A DNA stretch of 28,258 nucleotides from a virus. Its lineage: Duplodnaviria; Caudoviricetes. Of the stretch, positions 17,271-25,438 are shown one piece after another. Positions within the stretch are counted from its first letter, which is position 1. Every line of letters starts with the position of its first letter. Where the stretch lies: positions 1-28,258 of IMG/VR virus record IMGVR_UViG_3300005805_000352. One strand, written 5' to 3'. Both the position numbers and the translations under genes were made by a program. A model generated the notes under the pieces. That model had not been told where the DNA came from. It saw nothing but the letters and a program-made list of their open reading frames with translations, and did no database searches.

Positions 17271-18917
17271 TTATGTACCTATGAAGTAAAGCGTTGCTCC
17301 AGCACTCGAACTGTAGTATATCTTGTTTGTGTTGTCTGTTTCTATGAAGACCTGATCTCCATTGTAGAGAGGATAGCCAACTTGATTCTGTGGGGTGGAT
17401 CCGATGAAGATAGTCTTGTTTGTGTTTGCAAGATCGCTCTTGAAATGAATTCCGCTCTTCAGCACATGTGAACCCATTTGTGTGGCAGATCCTGTTGCAT
17501 TTAGATTTCCACTTGTGATGCCATCTGGCTGCACAACATTTGCAACCACCACGCGAAGAGCCTTAGAATTGTTGGTAAAACTCGTTTCTCCCTGAGCATT
17601 GTTGCCAGCACCAGTAATCCTGTAGTCCGAATTCAATCCCGTCTCTACTTTGGTTGCCAAAGCCCTTATGCCAGTGTTTGCCGTAGTAATCTCAGTAAGT
17701 ATCAGGGCAGACTGAGCATCATCGGTCCTCAAGTAAGCGACCTTGTTTGCATCCTCATTCAATGCACTGTTGAACTTAGTCATTACCAATCCTGCGGTTC
17801 CACCCATATCAACCGAGTCACCACACGAACCACCAAGAACTCGAATCTGTGCATAAACAGAATCTGTTGCGCTTGAAAGATTCCTGATGTCAAGATCTGT
17901 GGCAGTTACTCCAACGGGAATGTATCCTGTACCCGAGTAACCTTGTATCTGAACAACTCCTGCGGATGATCCCGCATTGTCGAGGGATATGCCAACAAGG
18001 GTGAATGCCGTGCCTGTTATATTTGCAGTAACTCCTATTGTTCCAGCGGCAAGTGCCACATACAATGCACCTGTGTCATCCACTCTGAATGGAGTCCTGC
18101 TTCCATAGTTGGTTATGCCAGTAAGACCAACGGGAATCACGGATACAGGATATGCTCCCGATAGACCAACGACGCGGACAGTATCTTCCACGGTGGTTAC
18201 TGCGGCTTTCAATGCACCTTCTGATGTGGTGGCATCAGCACCACTGCTTGCCCTTAGTACCCTTGTCTGAAATCCATCTGTGATGGTGATGCTGAATGCA
18301 CTTGCTGCTCCATTCGTGCCATTCTGAACATTCACGGTATTGTATACATTCACCGTATCTTTTGTATGGGTCAGACCACGAATATCCAATTCACTGGCGG
18401 TGATACCTATCGGATATGCTCCAGATGCACCAACCACGCGGACGAAGTCCGCACCAATATGAGAAACTCCCGAGATGTTGTTTCCTGCGGTCAATGCACG
18501 AATACCAAAGTTCGATGCACTCACTCCAACGGGGAATGCACCAGACACACCCACAACGCGAACGAAATCGGCACCGATATGTGAAATTCCCGATTCATTG
18601 TTTCCTGCTGTGAGCGAGCGAATTCCGAAATTCGATGCAGTCACTGCTATTGCAGTGGAACCATTGATTCCATAGACTCCAACGGAACCATAAACGGAAA
18701 CGGGATTTGAGATATTCGTTACATCTACCTGTGGGGTATTCATTACCCTTACAGGCAGACCATCTGCTTCGGTGACTCTATTGAAGTCCAATGTATTGCC
18801 ATAGGCAATCTTTGTCACCTGGAAATGGGAGCCTTCGGTGTCGGAGTAGTCGGTGGCAACCATAGCATTTGCCGATGCTCCCGTTACCAAAAAGTTGTTG
18901 TCTGTATCAGTTGGCAT
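17271..18917 (-). CDS. Virion fibre-like protein with 40-aa repeats
   Basis: G/A/T/V-rich with repeats of VRVVGxSGAxPVGV(S/T)ASNFGIRxLT. It lies directly downstream of a perfect TATAAATA. Confidence 0.7.
   Translation of the reverse strand: MPTDTDNNFLVTGASANAMVATDYSDTEGSHFQVTKIAYGNTLDFNRVTEADGLPVRVMNTPQVDVTNISNPVSVYGSVGVYGINGSTAIAVTASNFGIRSLTAGNNESGISHIGADFVRVVGVSGAFPVGVSASNFGIRALTAGNNISGVSHIGADFVRVVGASGAYPIGITASELDIRGLTHTKDTVNVYNTVNVQNGTNGAASAFSITITDGFQTRVLRASSGADATTSEGALKAAVTTVEDTVRVVGLSGAYPVSVIPVGLTGITNYGSRTPFRVDDTGALYVALAAGTIGVTANITGTAFTLVGISLDNAGSSAGVVQIQGYSGTGYIPVGVTATDLDIRNLSSATDSVYAQIRVLGGSCGDSVDMGGTAGLVMTKFNSALNEDANKVAYLRTDDAQSALILTEITTANTGIRALATKVETGLNSDYRITGAGNNAQGETSFTNNSKALRVVVANVVQPDGITSGNLNATGSATQMGSHVLKSGIHFKSDLANTNKTIFIGSTPQNQVGYPLYNGDQVFIETDNTNKIYYSSSAGATLYFIGT
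18370..18650 (-). repeat. Tandem 120-bp (40-aa) coding repeat, about 2.3 copies
   Basis: Homologous blocks at 18481 and 18601 (TTTCCTGC...TTCGATGCA). Confidence 0.8.
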
Positions 18918-18951
18918 TGTGTGGATATCCTTATGATTCTTGCGCTCTTTG

Positions 18952-18959
18952 TATTTATA
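18952..18959 (-). promoter_or_regulatory. T4 late promoter TATAAATA driving the minus-strand structural operon
   Basis: Exact T4 gp55 consensus on the minus strand, 34 nt upstream of the 18917 start. Confidence 0.8.
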
Positions 18960-18963
18960 CTCC

Positions 18964-18991
18964 TTGATCTTCCCCTAAATAGGGTTAGACT
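18964..18991 (+). promoter_or_regulatory. Sigma70-like promoter with an embedded late promoter for gp33
   Basis: TTGATC-N16-TAGACT, with CTAAATA at 18975-18981 inside the spacer. Confidence 0.5.
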
Positions 18992-18998
18992 GTTCACT

Positions 18999-19214
18999 AT
19001 GATCAATCCAACGCAGATATCCACCCTCATAGAACGCATGGTAGCCACCCGCAACATGACCTACATGGATGCGGTTTTGCAACTTTGCGAGGATGAGGGG
19101 GTGGATGCACACTTCATTTCGAAGCATCTGTCCAAGCCGATCATTGAGAACATTGAGAAAGAGGCAATGGATGTGAATCTTCTCCCGAAGAAGAAATCTT
19201 TGCCTTTCTCTTGA
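18999..19214 (+). CDS. gp33: Late promoter transcription coactivator gp33-like
   Basis: IERMV...MTYMDAVLQLCEDEG...KHLSKPIIENIEKEAMDVNLLPK...LPF matches the gp33 pattern of T4-like phages, and the gene lies just upstream of gp32. Start at 18999 rather than 18825. Confidence 0.85.
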   Translation: MINPTQISTLIERMVATRNMTYMDAVLQLCEDEGVDAHFISKHLSKPIIENIEKEAMDVNLLPKKKSLPFS

Positions 19215-19238
19215 CTACAGCAGCACACACCGTATACT
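19211..19238 (+). promoter_or_regulatory. Sigma70-like promoter for gp32
   Basis: TTGACT-N16-TATACT. Confidence 0.7.
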
Positions 19239-19285
19239 TTGTCAGTCGCACATTCCGCACACACCGTTCATAAGGAGAACACAAT

Positions 19286-20218
19286 ATGTCGGATTTCGCA
19301 AGTTTCAAGAAGAGTTCAAAGAACGCAAGCCAAGTGCTTGCAGCCCAGTTGGAGAAGGTCGCAAAGGGAGGAGGAGAGAACTCCTACAAGGACGACCGCT
19401 TCTGGCAGCCCGAGGTTGACAAGACGGGAAACGGATATGCAGTGATCCGCTTCCTCCCCGCTCCCCCGAGCGAGGATCTGCCTTGGGTTCGCGTATTCAG
19501 CCACGGATTTCAGTCCAAGGGTGGTTGGTACATTGAGAACTGCCCCACCACAATCGGTCAGAAGTGTCCCGTCTGTGAAGCAAACAATGAGTTGTGGAAC
19601 AGCGGGGTCGAGGATGACAAGGCTATTGCGCGTGATCGCAAGCGCAAGTTGTCCTACATCAGCAATGTCATGGTGATCGAAGATCCCGTCAATCCTGCGA
19701 ACAATGGAAAGATCTTCCTGTATCGCTATGGAAAGAAGATCTTCGACAAGATCAATGACAAGATGAATCCTCAGTACAAGGATGAGGATCCCGTGAATCC
19801 GTTCGACTTCTGGCAGGGTGCGAACTTCAAGATCAAGATTCGCAATGTCGATGGATACCGCAACTATGACAAGTCGGAGTTCTCTGCTTCGGCTCCCCTG
19901 CTTGAGGGCAATGACAAGGAACTTGAGTCACTTTGGCGAAAGGAATACTCGCTACAGGAGTTCGTCAAGCCCGATCAGTTCAAGCCTTATGCTGAACTGA
20001 AGACAAAGTTTCAGTCCGTGATCAATGGCTCTGCGACTGCAAAGGCAGAGAACATGGATCTGAGCGAGGAGGAAGAGGAGGAGACTCCTCAGAAGAAGTT
20101 CACGCCAAAGTTCCCTGCAAAGGAAGCGAAGTCACCTGGTCGAGAGGTGAAGCCGAAGAATGAGGACAGCGATGATGATGCGCTGGACTACTTCAAGAGA
20201 CTCGCAAACGACGAGTGA
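19286..20218 (+). CDS. gp32: Single-stranded DNA-binding protein gp32
   Basis: DDRFWQPEVDKTGNGYAVIRFLP, Zn-binding HGF...ENCPTT...CPVC, YGKKIFDKI, PFDFWQGANFK and an acidic C-tail. AAGGAG SD. Confidence 0.97.
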   Translation: MSDFASFKKSSKNASQVLAAQLEKVAKGGGENSYKDDRFWQPEVDKTGNGYAVIRFLPAPPSEDLPWVRVFSHGFQSKGGWYIENCPTTIGQKCPVCEANNELWNSGVEDDKAIARDRKRKLSYISNVMVIEDPVNPANNGKIFLYRYGKKIFDKINDKMNPQYKDEDPVNPFDFWQGANFKIKIRNVDGYRNYDKSEFSASAPLLEGNDKELESLWRKEYSLQEFVKPDQFKPYAELKTKFQSVINGSATAKAENMDLSEEEEEETPQKKFTPKFPAKEAKSPGREVKPKNEDSDDDALDYFKRLANDE

Positions 20219-20228
20219 AATATACATA

Positions 20229-20345
20229 TTGGTGTTCGCCCCGGTCTTCTCACTGAGTCGGTCGTGGGTACAGTGCAAGCGTCTCATTACGCTATTCACT
20301 GCGCGGCGGGGAGGTAACTCACCCCGACAAGGAACTTCGCTACCG
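20229..20345 (+). ncRNA. Candidate structured non-coding RNA
   Basis: GC-rich multi-stem intergenic segment between a TATACATA motif (20221-20228) and a strong terminator. No SD-led ORF. Confidence 0.5.
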
Positions 20346-20380
20346 CACATGCCCTTCTAACAGAGGGCATGTGTTTTTTT
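20346..20380 (+). terminator. Rho-independent terminator
   Basis: CACATGCCCT...AGGGCATGTG followed by a run of 7 T. Confidence 0.9.
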
Positions 20381-20388
20381 GAGGAAAC

Positions 20389-20395
20389 CTAAATA
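20389..20395 (+). promoter_or_regulatory. Late promoter (CTAAATA), probably giving a leaderless mRNA
   Basis: The motif ends 5 nt before the ATG at 20401. Confidence 0.55.
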
Positions 20396-20400
20396 GTGGT

Positions 20401-20712
20401 ATGAGCAAGAAGAGAAACATTCACAACGAACACCATGAGTCTGACTATTCATTCTCAAAGAGATGTGCTGATAGAATGGGCATCCCTTGGCAAGCAATAG
20501 TTTCTAATCAGGTTTATGTTGACTTGATAAGAGAAGCAAGGTATAGTGGTATGTCGGTGAATGAAACCGTCAACTATTTCCGAGAGGTCATTTCGGAAAA
20601 GAAAGATAAGGAAAAGAAGACCAAGGTTCGTACACCTGGTCAGAGCATGGATATATCAAAGAGGAGCAAGGACTTTCCTACTCCTCCGTGTGATTTGGAT
20701 TCGACTTCTTGA
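20401..20712 (+). CDS. Hypothetical protein
   Basis: 103-aa ORF after a late promoter. Its stop overlaps the next start (TTGA). Confidence 0.65.
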   Translation: MSKKRNIHNEHHESDYSFSKRCADRMGIPWQAIVSNQVYVDLIREARYSGMSVNETVNYFREVISEKKDKEKKTKVRTPGQSMDISKRSKDFPTPPCDLDSTS

Positions 20713-21389
20713 AGAAATACAACTACATTCCTGTTGATCTTGGTCTTGCTCCTCTCACTGTTGTTGAGGGTGAGGAGGGAAGGACTTATCTTTCTCCATC
20801 GGGCAAGAGACTCCCTTCAGTCACCACTGTCACAGGCTTTGAAGGCAAGGATGGCATGGATATCTGGCGTAGGAAGAATCCTCGCGAGGCAGTCCGTGTT
20901 GTCGAGCGTGGCAACAAACTGCATTCGATGATGGAGCATCTCCTCAAGAACGAGGAGGTCGAGTTGACCGAGGACATTGAGATTGATTCTCTGTTCACGA
21001 TGCTCAAGAACCATGTAGAGAATCATATCGGCAATGTCTATGCCCTTGAGCAGCAGATGTGGTCTGAGTCGATTGGTCTTGCGGGTCGTGCCGATTGCAT
21101 CTGCGACTATGATGGAAAACTCTCAGTAGTGGACTTCAAGGGATCGAACAAGGAAAAGACCGAGAGTGGCATCAAGAACTACTTTCAACAAGCCACGGCA
21201 TATGCCCTGATGTATCAGGAGATCACAGGCAAGAAGGTCGAGCAGATCGTAGTGCTTGCGGCTTGTGAGACGGGAGTTCTACAGGAGTTCAAGAAGAAAC
21301 CCATCGATTATGTCGATGGGCTTCTGAATGCGATCAAGTTGTACAATCAGTGGCATGAGATCAAGCCACCCTCGACTCTGTTCAGTTGA
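20709..21389 (+). CDS. PD-(D/E)XK (RecB/Cas4-like) exonuclease of T4-like phages
   Basis: RTYLSPSGKRLPSVTTV, RGNKLH, E...LAGRADCI...VVDFKGS and YFQQATAYALMYQE motifs. Confidence 0.88.
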   Translation: MKKYNYIPVDLGLAPLTVVEGEEGRTYLSPSGKRLPSVTTVTGFEGKDGMDIWRRKNPREAVRVVERGNKLHSMMEHLLKNEEVELTEDIEIDSLFTMLKNHVENHIGNVYALEQQMWSESIGLAGRADCICDYDGKLSVVDFKGSNKEKTESGIKNYFQQATAYALMYQEITGKKVEQIVVLAACETGVLQEFKKKPIDYVDGLLNAIKLYNQWHEIKPPSTLFS

Positions 21390-21609
21390 GTCCTGTAAGA
21401 ATTACGTTTGAACTTTTTACTTCCTTGGTTTTGATGGGTAATATGACTCCTGGAGCAAGTGAAACTGCACAAGTTGTACCGGTTGCCGCATTTCTCCAAG
21501 GAACTATAACAGCCGTTCCAGCCGATGAAGTGGCATTTAGCAATGCCATGCATCCTGCGGACGTTCCTGCCGTTGAAATAGTGAAAGCCTCTGTGTAGGT
21601 CTGAGACAT
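21382..21609 (-). CDS. Small late beta-rich protein, possible capsid decoration/spike-base protein
   Basis: Own CTAAATA (21628-21634, minus strand) and AGGAGG SD. C-terminal LAPGVILPIKTKEV. Confidence 0.65.
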   Translation of the reverse strand: MSQTYTEAFTISTAGTSAGCMALLNATSSAGTAVIVPWRNAATGTTCAVSLAPGVILPIKTKEVKSSNVILTGLN

Positions 21610-21714
21610 GAATAAACCCTCCTGTTCTATTTAGCAAAATCACACTTTGGGAAATCTCAAAAACAGGACATACATACATCTATATGGGCAATGCAGCCCA
21701 AAGGAGAAACAGAA

Positions 21715-21837
21715 ATGGAAGCAATCAAGGACTTTTTCGGCAGCATCGGTTGGCTACTCGTCGCATTCGTTGCAGGAGCCTTCCTAGGCGCACCTCTCTG
21801 GAACTGGGTAAAGACCAAGTTGCCTTGGAACAAGTGA
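21715..21837 (+). CDS. 40-aa single-pass membrane protein (absent from the ORF track)
   Basis: AAGGAG SD, then MEAIKDFFGSIGWLLVAFVAGAFLGAPLWNWVKTKLPWNK*, followed by a terminator. Confidence 0.75.
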   Translation: MEAIKDFFGSIGWLLVAFVAGAFLGAPLWNWVKTKLPWNK

Positions 21838-21862
21838 ACAAATAGGGGAAATGAGCGGACAG

Positions 21863-21886
21863 CGGTGGCAGAAATGCCACCGTTTT
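21863..21886 (+). terminator. Rho-independent terminator
   Basis: CGGTGGCA-GAAA-TGCCACCG-TTTT. Confidence 0.8.
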
Positions 21887-21923
21887 CCTTTATACATACT
21901 ATTACGAACTTAAGGGAGATCAA

Positions 21924-22394
21924 ATGAACCCATTCACGCGCAAGGACACTCTTGCTGAAGCAGCAGCAAGCACACTCGACAACATCAGGAACATGAGCCT
22001 CAAGGATTATCTCCTCAACGAGACTCGCTCAAGCCCACAGGTATTCAATGGTGGAGCATTCTACATTGAGAGACCAGAGAGCGTGGAGAGAATCAATGCC
22101 TTCATCAAGCGGTTCCTTGCAGGAACTCACATCAATGCCGAGAGCCAGATTCGGCATCTCTTCATGCACCTACAGTCCGTGGGATTGGTTGTCGATGGCT
22201 ACATCGGCAAGGATGGAACCTTTGACATCTATCAGTATGGCAAGCCTCTGAACGACAAGCCCATCGAAGATCCCGAAACCGACAAGATCTACTTTCCCCG
22301 AGGCAATCAAAAGGGTAAGTTGAAGATATCAAGAACATTGGTTCCTGGTGGTAGGTACATGGTCGATGCCGAGATGTACATGGCAAAAGCCTGA
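21924..22394 (+). CDS. Hypothetical late protein
   Basis: TATACATA at 21891 and a GGGAG SD. Contains LAE and LNE motifs. Confidence 0.7.
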   Translation: MNPFTRKDTLAEAAASTLDNIRNMSLKDYLLNETRSSPQVFNGGAFYIERPESVERINAFIKRFLAGTHINAESQIRHLFMHLQSVGLVVDGYIGKDGTFDIYQYGKPLNDKPIEDPETDKIYFPRGNQKGKLKISRTLVPGGRYMVDAEMYMAKA

Positions 22395-22401
22395 TTAGTT
22401 T

Positions 22402-22776
22402 ATGGAAAAGCGGATATGTGATGAAGATTTTCTGATCTTCGCTCTTGAACATTATGAGAACCCTCAATGTAAATCATTTGAGGAGTTCTATGAGGACATT
22501 GACAGGATCAAGTATCTCAAGAGACTGCTCAACAGGCAGGACGGAGATGCAGGACAGAAGAACAGGTTGATACTGAATCACATAATCATACTTACCAATG
22601 TGTTTGGTGGAAAAATCGCAAGCAGATTGCTGTTCTTCAAGATGGATCAAAAATATCACGGGCAACTGAAGACCTATCTGTATTTCCTTGAGATGTTGCC
22701 CAAGGAAATCCCCGAGGCAGACCTGAGCATCTTAGAGATTGATCGGATGCTTTTGGAAGAACTGAGAAAGTTATGA
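22402..22776 (+). CDS. Conserved T4-like phage hypothetical protein
   Basis: FLIFALEHYENPQC...EFYEDIDRIKYLKRLL...LILNHIIILTNVFG...RLLFFK...LKTYL is a pattern widespread in cyanomyophage-like genomes. Confidence 0.8.
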   Translation: MEKRICDEDFLIFALEHYENPQCKSFEEFYEDIDRIKYLKRLLNRQDGDAGQKNRLILNHIIILTNVFGGKIASRLLFFKMDQKYHGQLKTYLYFLEMLPKEIPEADLSILEIDRMLLEELRKL

Positions 22777-23228
22777 CGAGACGCAAACAACTCATCAATG
22801 AATCGCTGAATGCCGAAGCAGATGCTCTCTTTGAAGAAGCAGTGCAGGATGCCGACAAGTTGGAGATACTCATTTCGATGCTAGAGGATGTTGCTGTGCA
22901 GACCGCATCTGCTCCTGGCATTGCTATGGTATCGAACAACGAACCTGTGCTTGTCTCTCCTAAGATGAGTCTGCGTCCATTCGGCAAGGGAGTATGGCGC
23001 AGGAAGAAGAAGAAGCCCGCTCTCTCCATAGACCGCAAGAACACAACCATGATGGAAACACACTATTCCGCGTTTGGAATAGATGATTTCACCGTGGACA
23101 ATGTCGTTCCATTTCTTTCGGGCAAGGAACTCAGAATGCTTGCGGAAGGAAAGAAGGAAAAGATAGTTGTCCACGGCGAAAGCAAGGACATAGTATTCAG
23201 ATCACCTAGAAAAGGAACAAAGAAATGA
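22773..23228 (+). CDS. Hypothetical protein
   Basis: ATGA-coupled at both ends. Confidence 0.65.
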   Translation: MTRRKQLINESLNAEADALFEEAVQDADKLEILISMLEDVAVQTASAPGIAMVSNNEPVLVSPKMSLRPFGKGVWRRKKKKPALSIDRKNTTMMETHYSAFGIDDFTVDNVVPFLSGKELRMLAEGKKEKIVVHGESKDIVFRSPRKGTKK

Positions 23229-23536
23229 ACAAGATTATGATACCCGCATTGATTTCATTCGCACTTCTCTCTGGCTGCTGCCTTCGCGTTGGTGAAAGCA
23301 CTCGCTTTGGTGTGAACTGCTGCACCACCAAGGACAGTCAGAACTTCGTTATGGATGAAACGAACGAAGACGATGCAGCAGTTGCTACTGCACAGCCCAT
23401 CTCTGCAAAGACATACAACACCGAGACTATCGTTGGGCTTGGCTTGGCAGCGGCACTGATAGCATTTCTTGCTTGGAGTTCATACAAGCAGTTGAAGAGC
23501 AAGTGCCATTCAGATACTGGCGAGAAGCAAGTCTGA
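23225..23536 (+). CDS. Lipoprotein with C-terminal transmembrane helix (candidate unimolecular spanin)
   Basis: Signal peptide with lipobox LLSG|C and a C-terminal IVGLGLAAALIAFLAW helix followed by a basic tail. Confidence 0.6.
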   Translation: MNKIMIPALISFALLSGCCLRVGESTRFGVNCCTTKDSQNFVMDETNEDDAAVATAQPISAKTYNTETIVGLGLAAALIAFLAWSSYKQLKSKCHSDTGEKQV

Positions 23537-24085
23537 GTGCATCTTCTTGCAGATGTAATAAGCATCTACGATGTCGGAGACGGGCGAGGTGACATCCTTC
23601 TTGTCGGGTGTCATGATTGCCTTTAGGTCTATGCCCGTCTCCTTGAGAAATGCCTGATGCATCATCTGCTTGTCTGCATTTCCCTTGCCACTTCCTAGTT
23701 TCTTCACTTCTGTCGGAGGAACTATGGTGACGGGAATGCCCTCTTGGAACAACTTGTACTTGAGGACTCCTGTGTTCTCCGCAATGTGAAATACCTTTCC
23801 CGTTGCAGAGTATGCATATCCCTCAAGTGCGACTTGCTTGACATTCTTGAGAATGTCGATTGCCCAATCAGCGATGCTCTGATATCTTTCCATATCCTCG
23901 TTCCATTCGGAGAACATCTCTCCATGAATGTTTCCCATGAAGGACTTTGCATACTTCTTGGTATCGGTCATGAAGTAGAAGCAGCAGTCATCGAATGAGA
24001 ACTTTCCCCCGCCTTCGAAGACGCAGATGCAAGGACCACACAGAGAGTAGTCGATGCCAGCGATGTTGTGAAGAGGATGGGTCAT
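23510..24085 (-). CDS. RuvC-like Holliday junction resolvase (RNase H fold)
   Basis: AGIDYSL, VALEGYAY, AENTGVLKYKL, PTEVKK...GKGNADKQMM and DIVDAYYI motifs. Confidence 0.85.
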   Translation of the reverse strand: MTHPLHNIAGIDYSLCGPCICVFEGGGKFSFDDCCFYFMTDTKKYAKSFMGNIHGEMFSEWNEDMERYQSIADWAIDILKNVKQVALEGYAYSATGKVFHIAENTGVLKYKLFQEGIPVTIVPPTEVKKLGSGKGNADKQMMHQAFLKETGIDLKAIMTPDKKDVTSPVSDIVDAYYICKKMHSDLLLASI

Positions 24086-24094
24086 TTGGTTATA

Positions 24095-25426
24095 TCACAA
24101 GATCGTTGAAAATAGATCAGACATCAGTGGTTCCTTTTCTAGGTAGTTTCTGATGTATGGTCCCGCTGGTTTATTTTCCTTTCTGGCTCGGACTCTGAAC
24201 AGGTCGTTATTGTCGGAACTTATCATCAAGATAGGCAATTTGTCTTCTCTGCTGAAGGTTATTTTGGTACTCAAATTTTGAAGACCCCCTATCTTCTTCT
24301 TGATGTCCTTAAACTCATAGAGAGTTGCTGAGTTTTTCGGCTTGTTCAACTGCAATAGGGATACACCTTTTTCACCCCTGGTCAGGTAGAAATCCAGACC
24401 GCTAGCCAGTTTTTTCAATATCTTGTTTCGGTCATCTCCATTTAGATCTTCGTCCAAAAGTTCCTTGATCTTTTTATACACCAATGTCAGTGCTTGTGCT
24501 GGCTTCTTCTTTCTGAACATCAAGTTATCGTATCTTTCCTCAAGAGTGTTTATCCTAGTTCCATATCCAAACAAAGTGTTCCATAGTTCCACTTGCTTTT
24601 CAAACTCTGAACCACTGACTTGACCGAATTGCTTCACATCTCCTGCCTTTAGGGAGAGTTCAATGTTGACTGGAACAAGTTCTCCCTTGTCATTAGTGAC
24701 CCTGACGCGGAAATCTACTTTTGTCGTGGTTTCGCCACCGAGTCCATCGGATATGACTTCGATGGTGTCGAATCTGTTGTTTTCATACAGCGTTATTGCC
24801 CAATGCCTGATATTTTCGTAGTTTGCATATTTTACTGCGGGTATCACATATGGCTCAAGAATGTTTTTAAACTTGGGATCAAACAGTGCATTCATGTTCA
24901 CTTCCGCAAGAGAGATGTATATCTTCACTATATCGTTTATCTTGGGATTCTTGTTCGGGGATTCGTATTCAACTTCAATATACTTTCCCGTCTTGCCAGG
25001 ATAGTTCTTCCGCTCCACATCTGCAAGTTTGCGGAGGAGGTTGAACATATGATCACTTGTTATGGCATCCTTCTTGTTGAGAAACCTGGCAGCAACTGCA
25101 ATGGCTACGAGTCCCTCTGCTACATTCCCCATGTTCACATTGACACTCTTCGGCTTTTCCAATGAACCCATCAGTATGGTGGGAGTCTTTTTATCGCTGG
25201 TTTCCAGTGGAATGTTGAGAGCCTTTGCCTGTTGAGCGTTATTTCCAACTCCCAATTTCTGCCATTCCTTGATTGCATTTTTGTTGAAGGGATTGTTCTT
25301 CAGGACAAGAGACTTTGCTCCAACTGAAATGGGTTTGCCTTTGGTCATTGCCTCATTCAATATTTCCATTATGGGAATGACATACTTGCCTAACTGACCA
25401 GGAGTAACACCCCTTAATTTTCCCAT
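24095..25426 (-). CDS. Hypothetical basic protein, putative PD-(D/E)XK nuclease fold
   Basis: GNVAEG...TTKVDFRV...ELSLKAG resembles a restriction-endonuclease-like catalytic arrangement. Confidence 0.55.
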   Translation of the reverse strand: MGKLRGVTPGQLGKYVIPIMEILNEAMTKGKPISVGAKSLVLKNNPFNKNAIKEWQKLGVGNNAQQAKALNIPLETSDKKTPTILMGSLEKPKSVNVNMGNVAEGLVAIAVAARFLNKKDAITSDHMFNLLRKLADVERKNYPGKTGKYIEVEYESPNKNPKINDIVKIYISLAEVNMNALFDPKFKNILEPYVIPAVKYANYENIRHWAITLYENNRFDTIEVISDGLGGETTTKVDFRVRVTNDKGELVPVNIELSLKAGDVKQFGQVSGSEFEKQVELWNTLFGYGTRINTLEERYDNLMFRKKKPAQALTLVYKKIKELLDEDLNGDDRNKILKKLASGLDFYLTRGEKGVSLLQLNKPKNSATLYEFKDIKKKIGGLQNLSTKITFSREDKLPILMISSDNNDLFRVRARKENKPAGPYIRNYLEKEPLMSDLFSTIL

Positions 25427-25438
25427 GATGGACTCCTA

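Noticed and set aside
18825-18998. N-terminal extension of gp33 from the ORF track
   Set aside because: It overlaps the divergent gene and both promoters. The gp33-like sequence begins at 18999.
20229-20345. tRNA-Met (CTCAT loop) or fluoride riboswitch (TGGTGTTCGCC)
   Set aside because: There is no T-arm/D-arm cloverleaf, and the loop is 6 nt without a purine at position 37. The GGCGA 5' strand and downstream elements of the fluoride aptamer are absent.
20709-21389. Cas4 or a CRISPR system
   Set aside because: There is no array or other cas gene and no four-Cys cluster pattern. It is the ordinary T4-like phage exonuclease.
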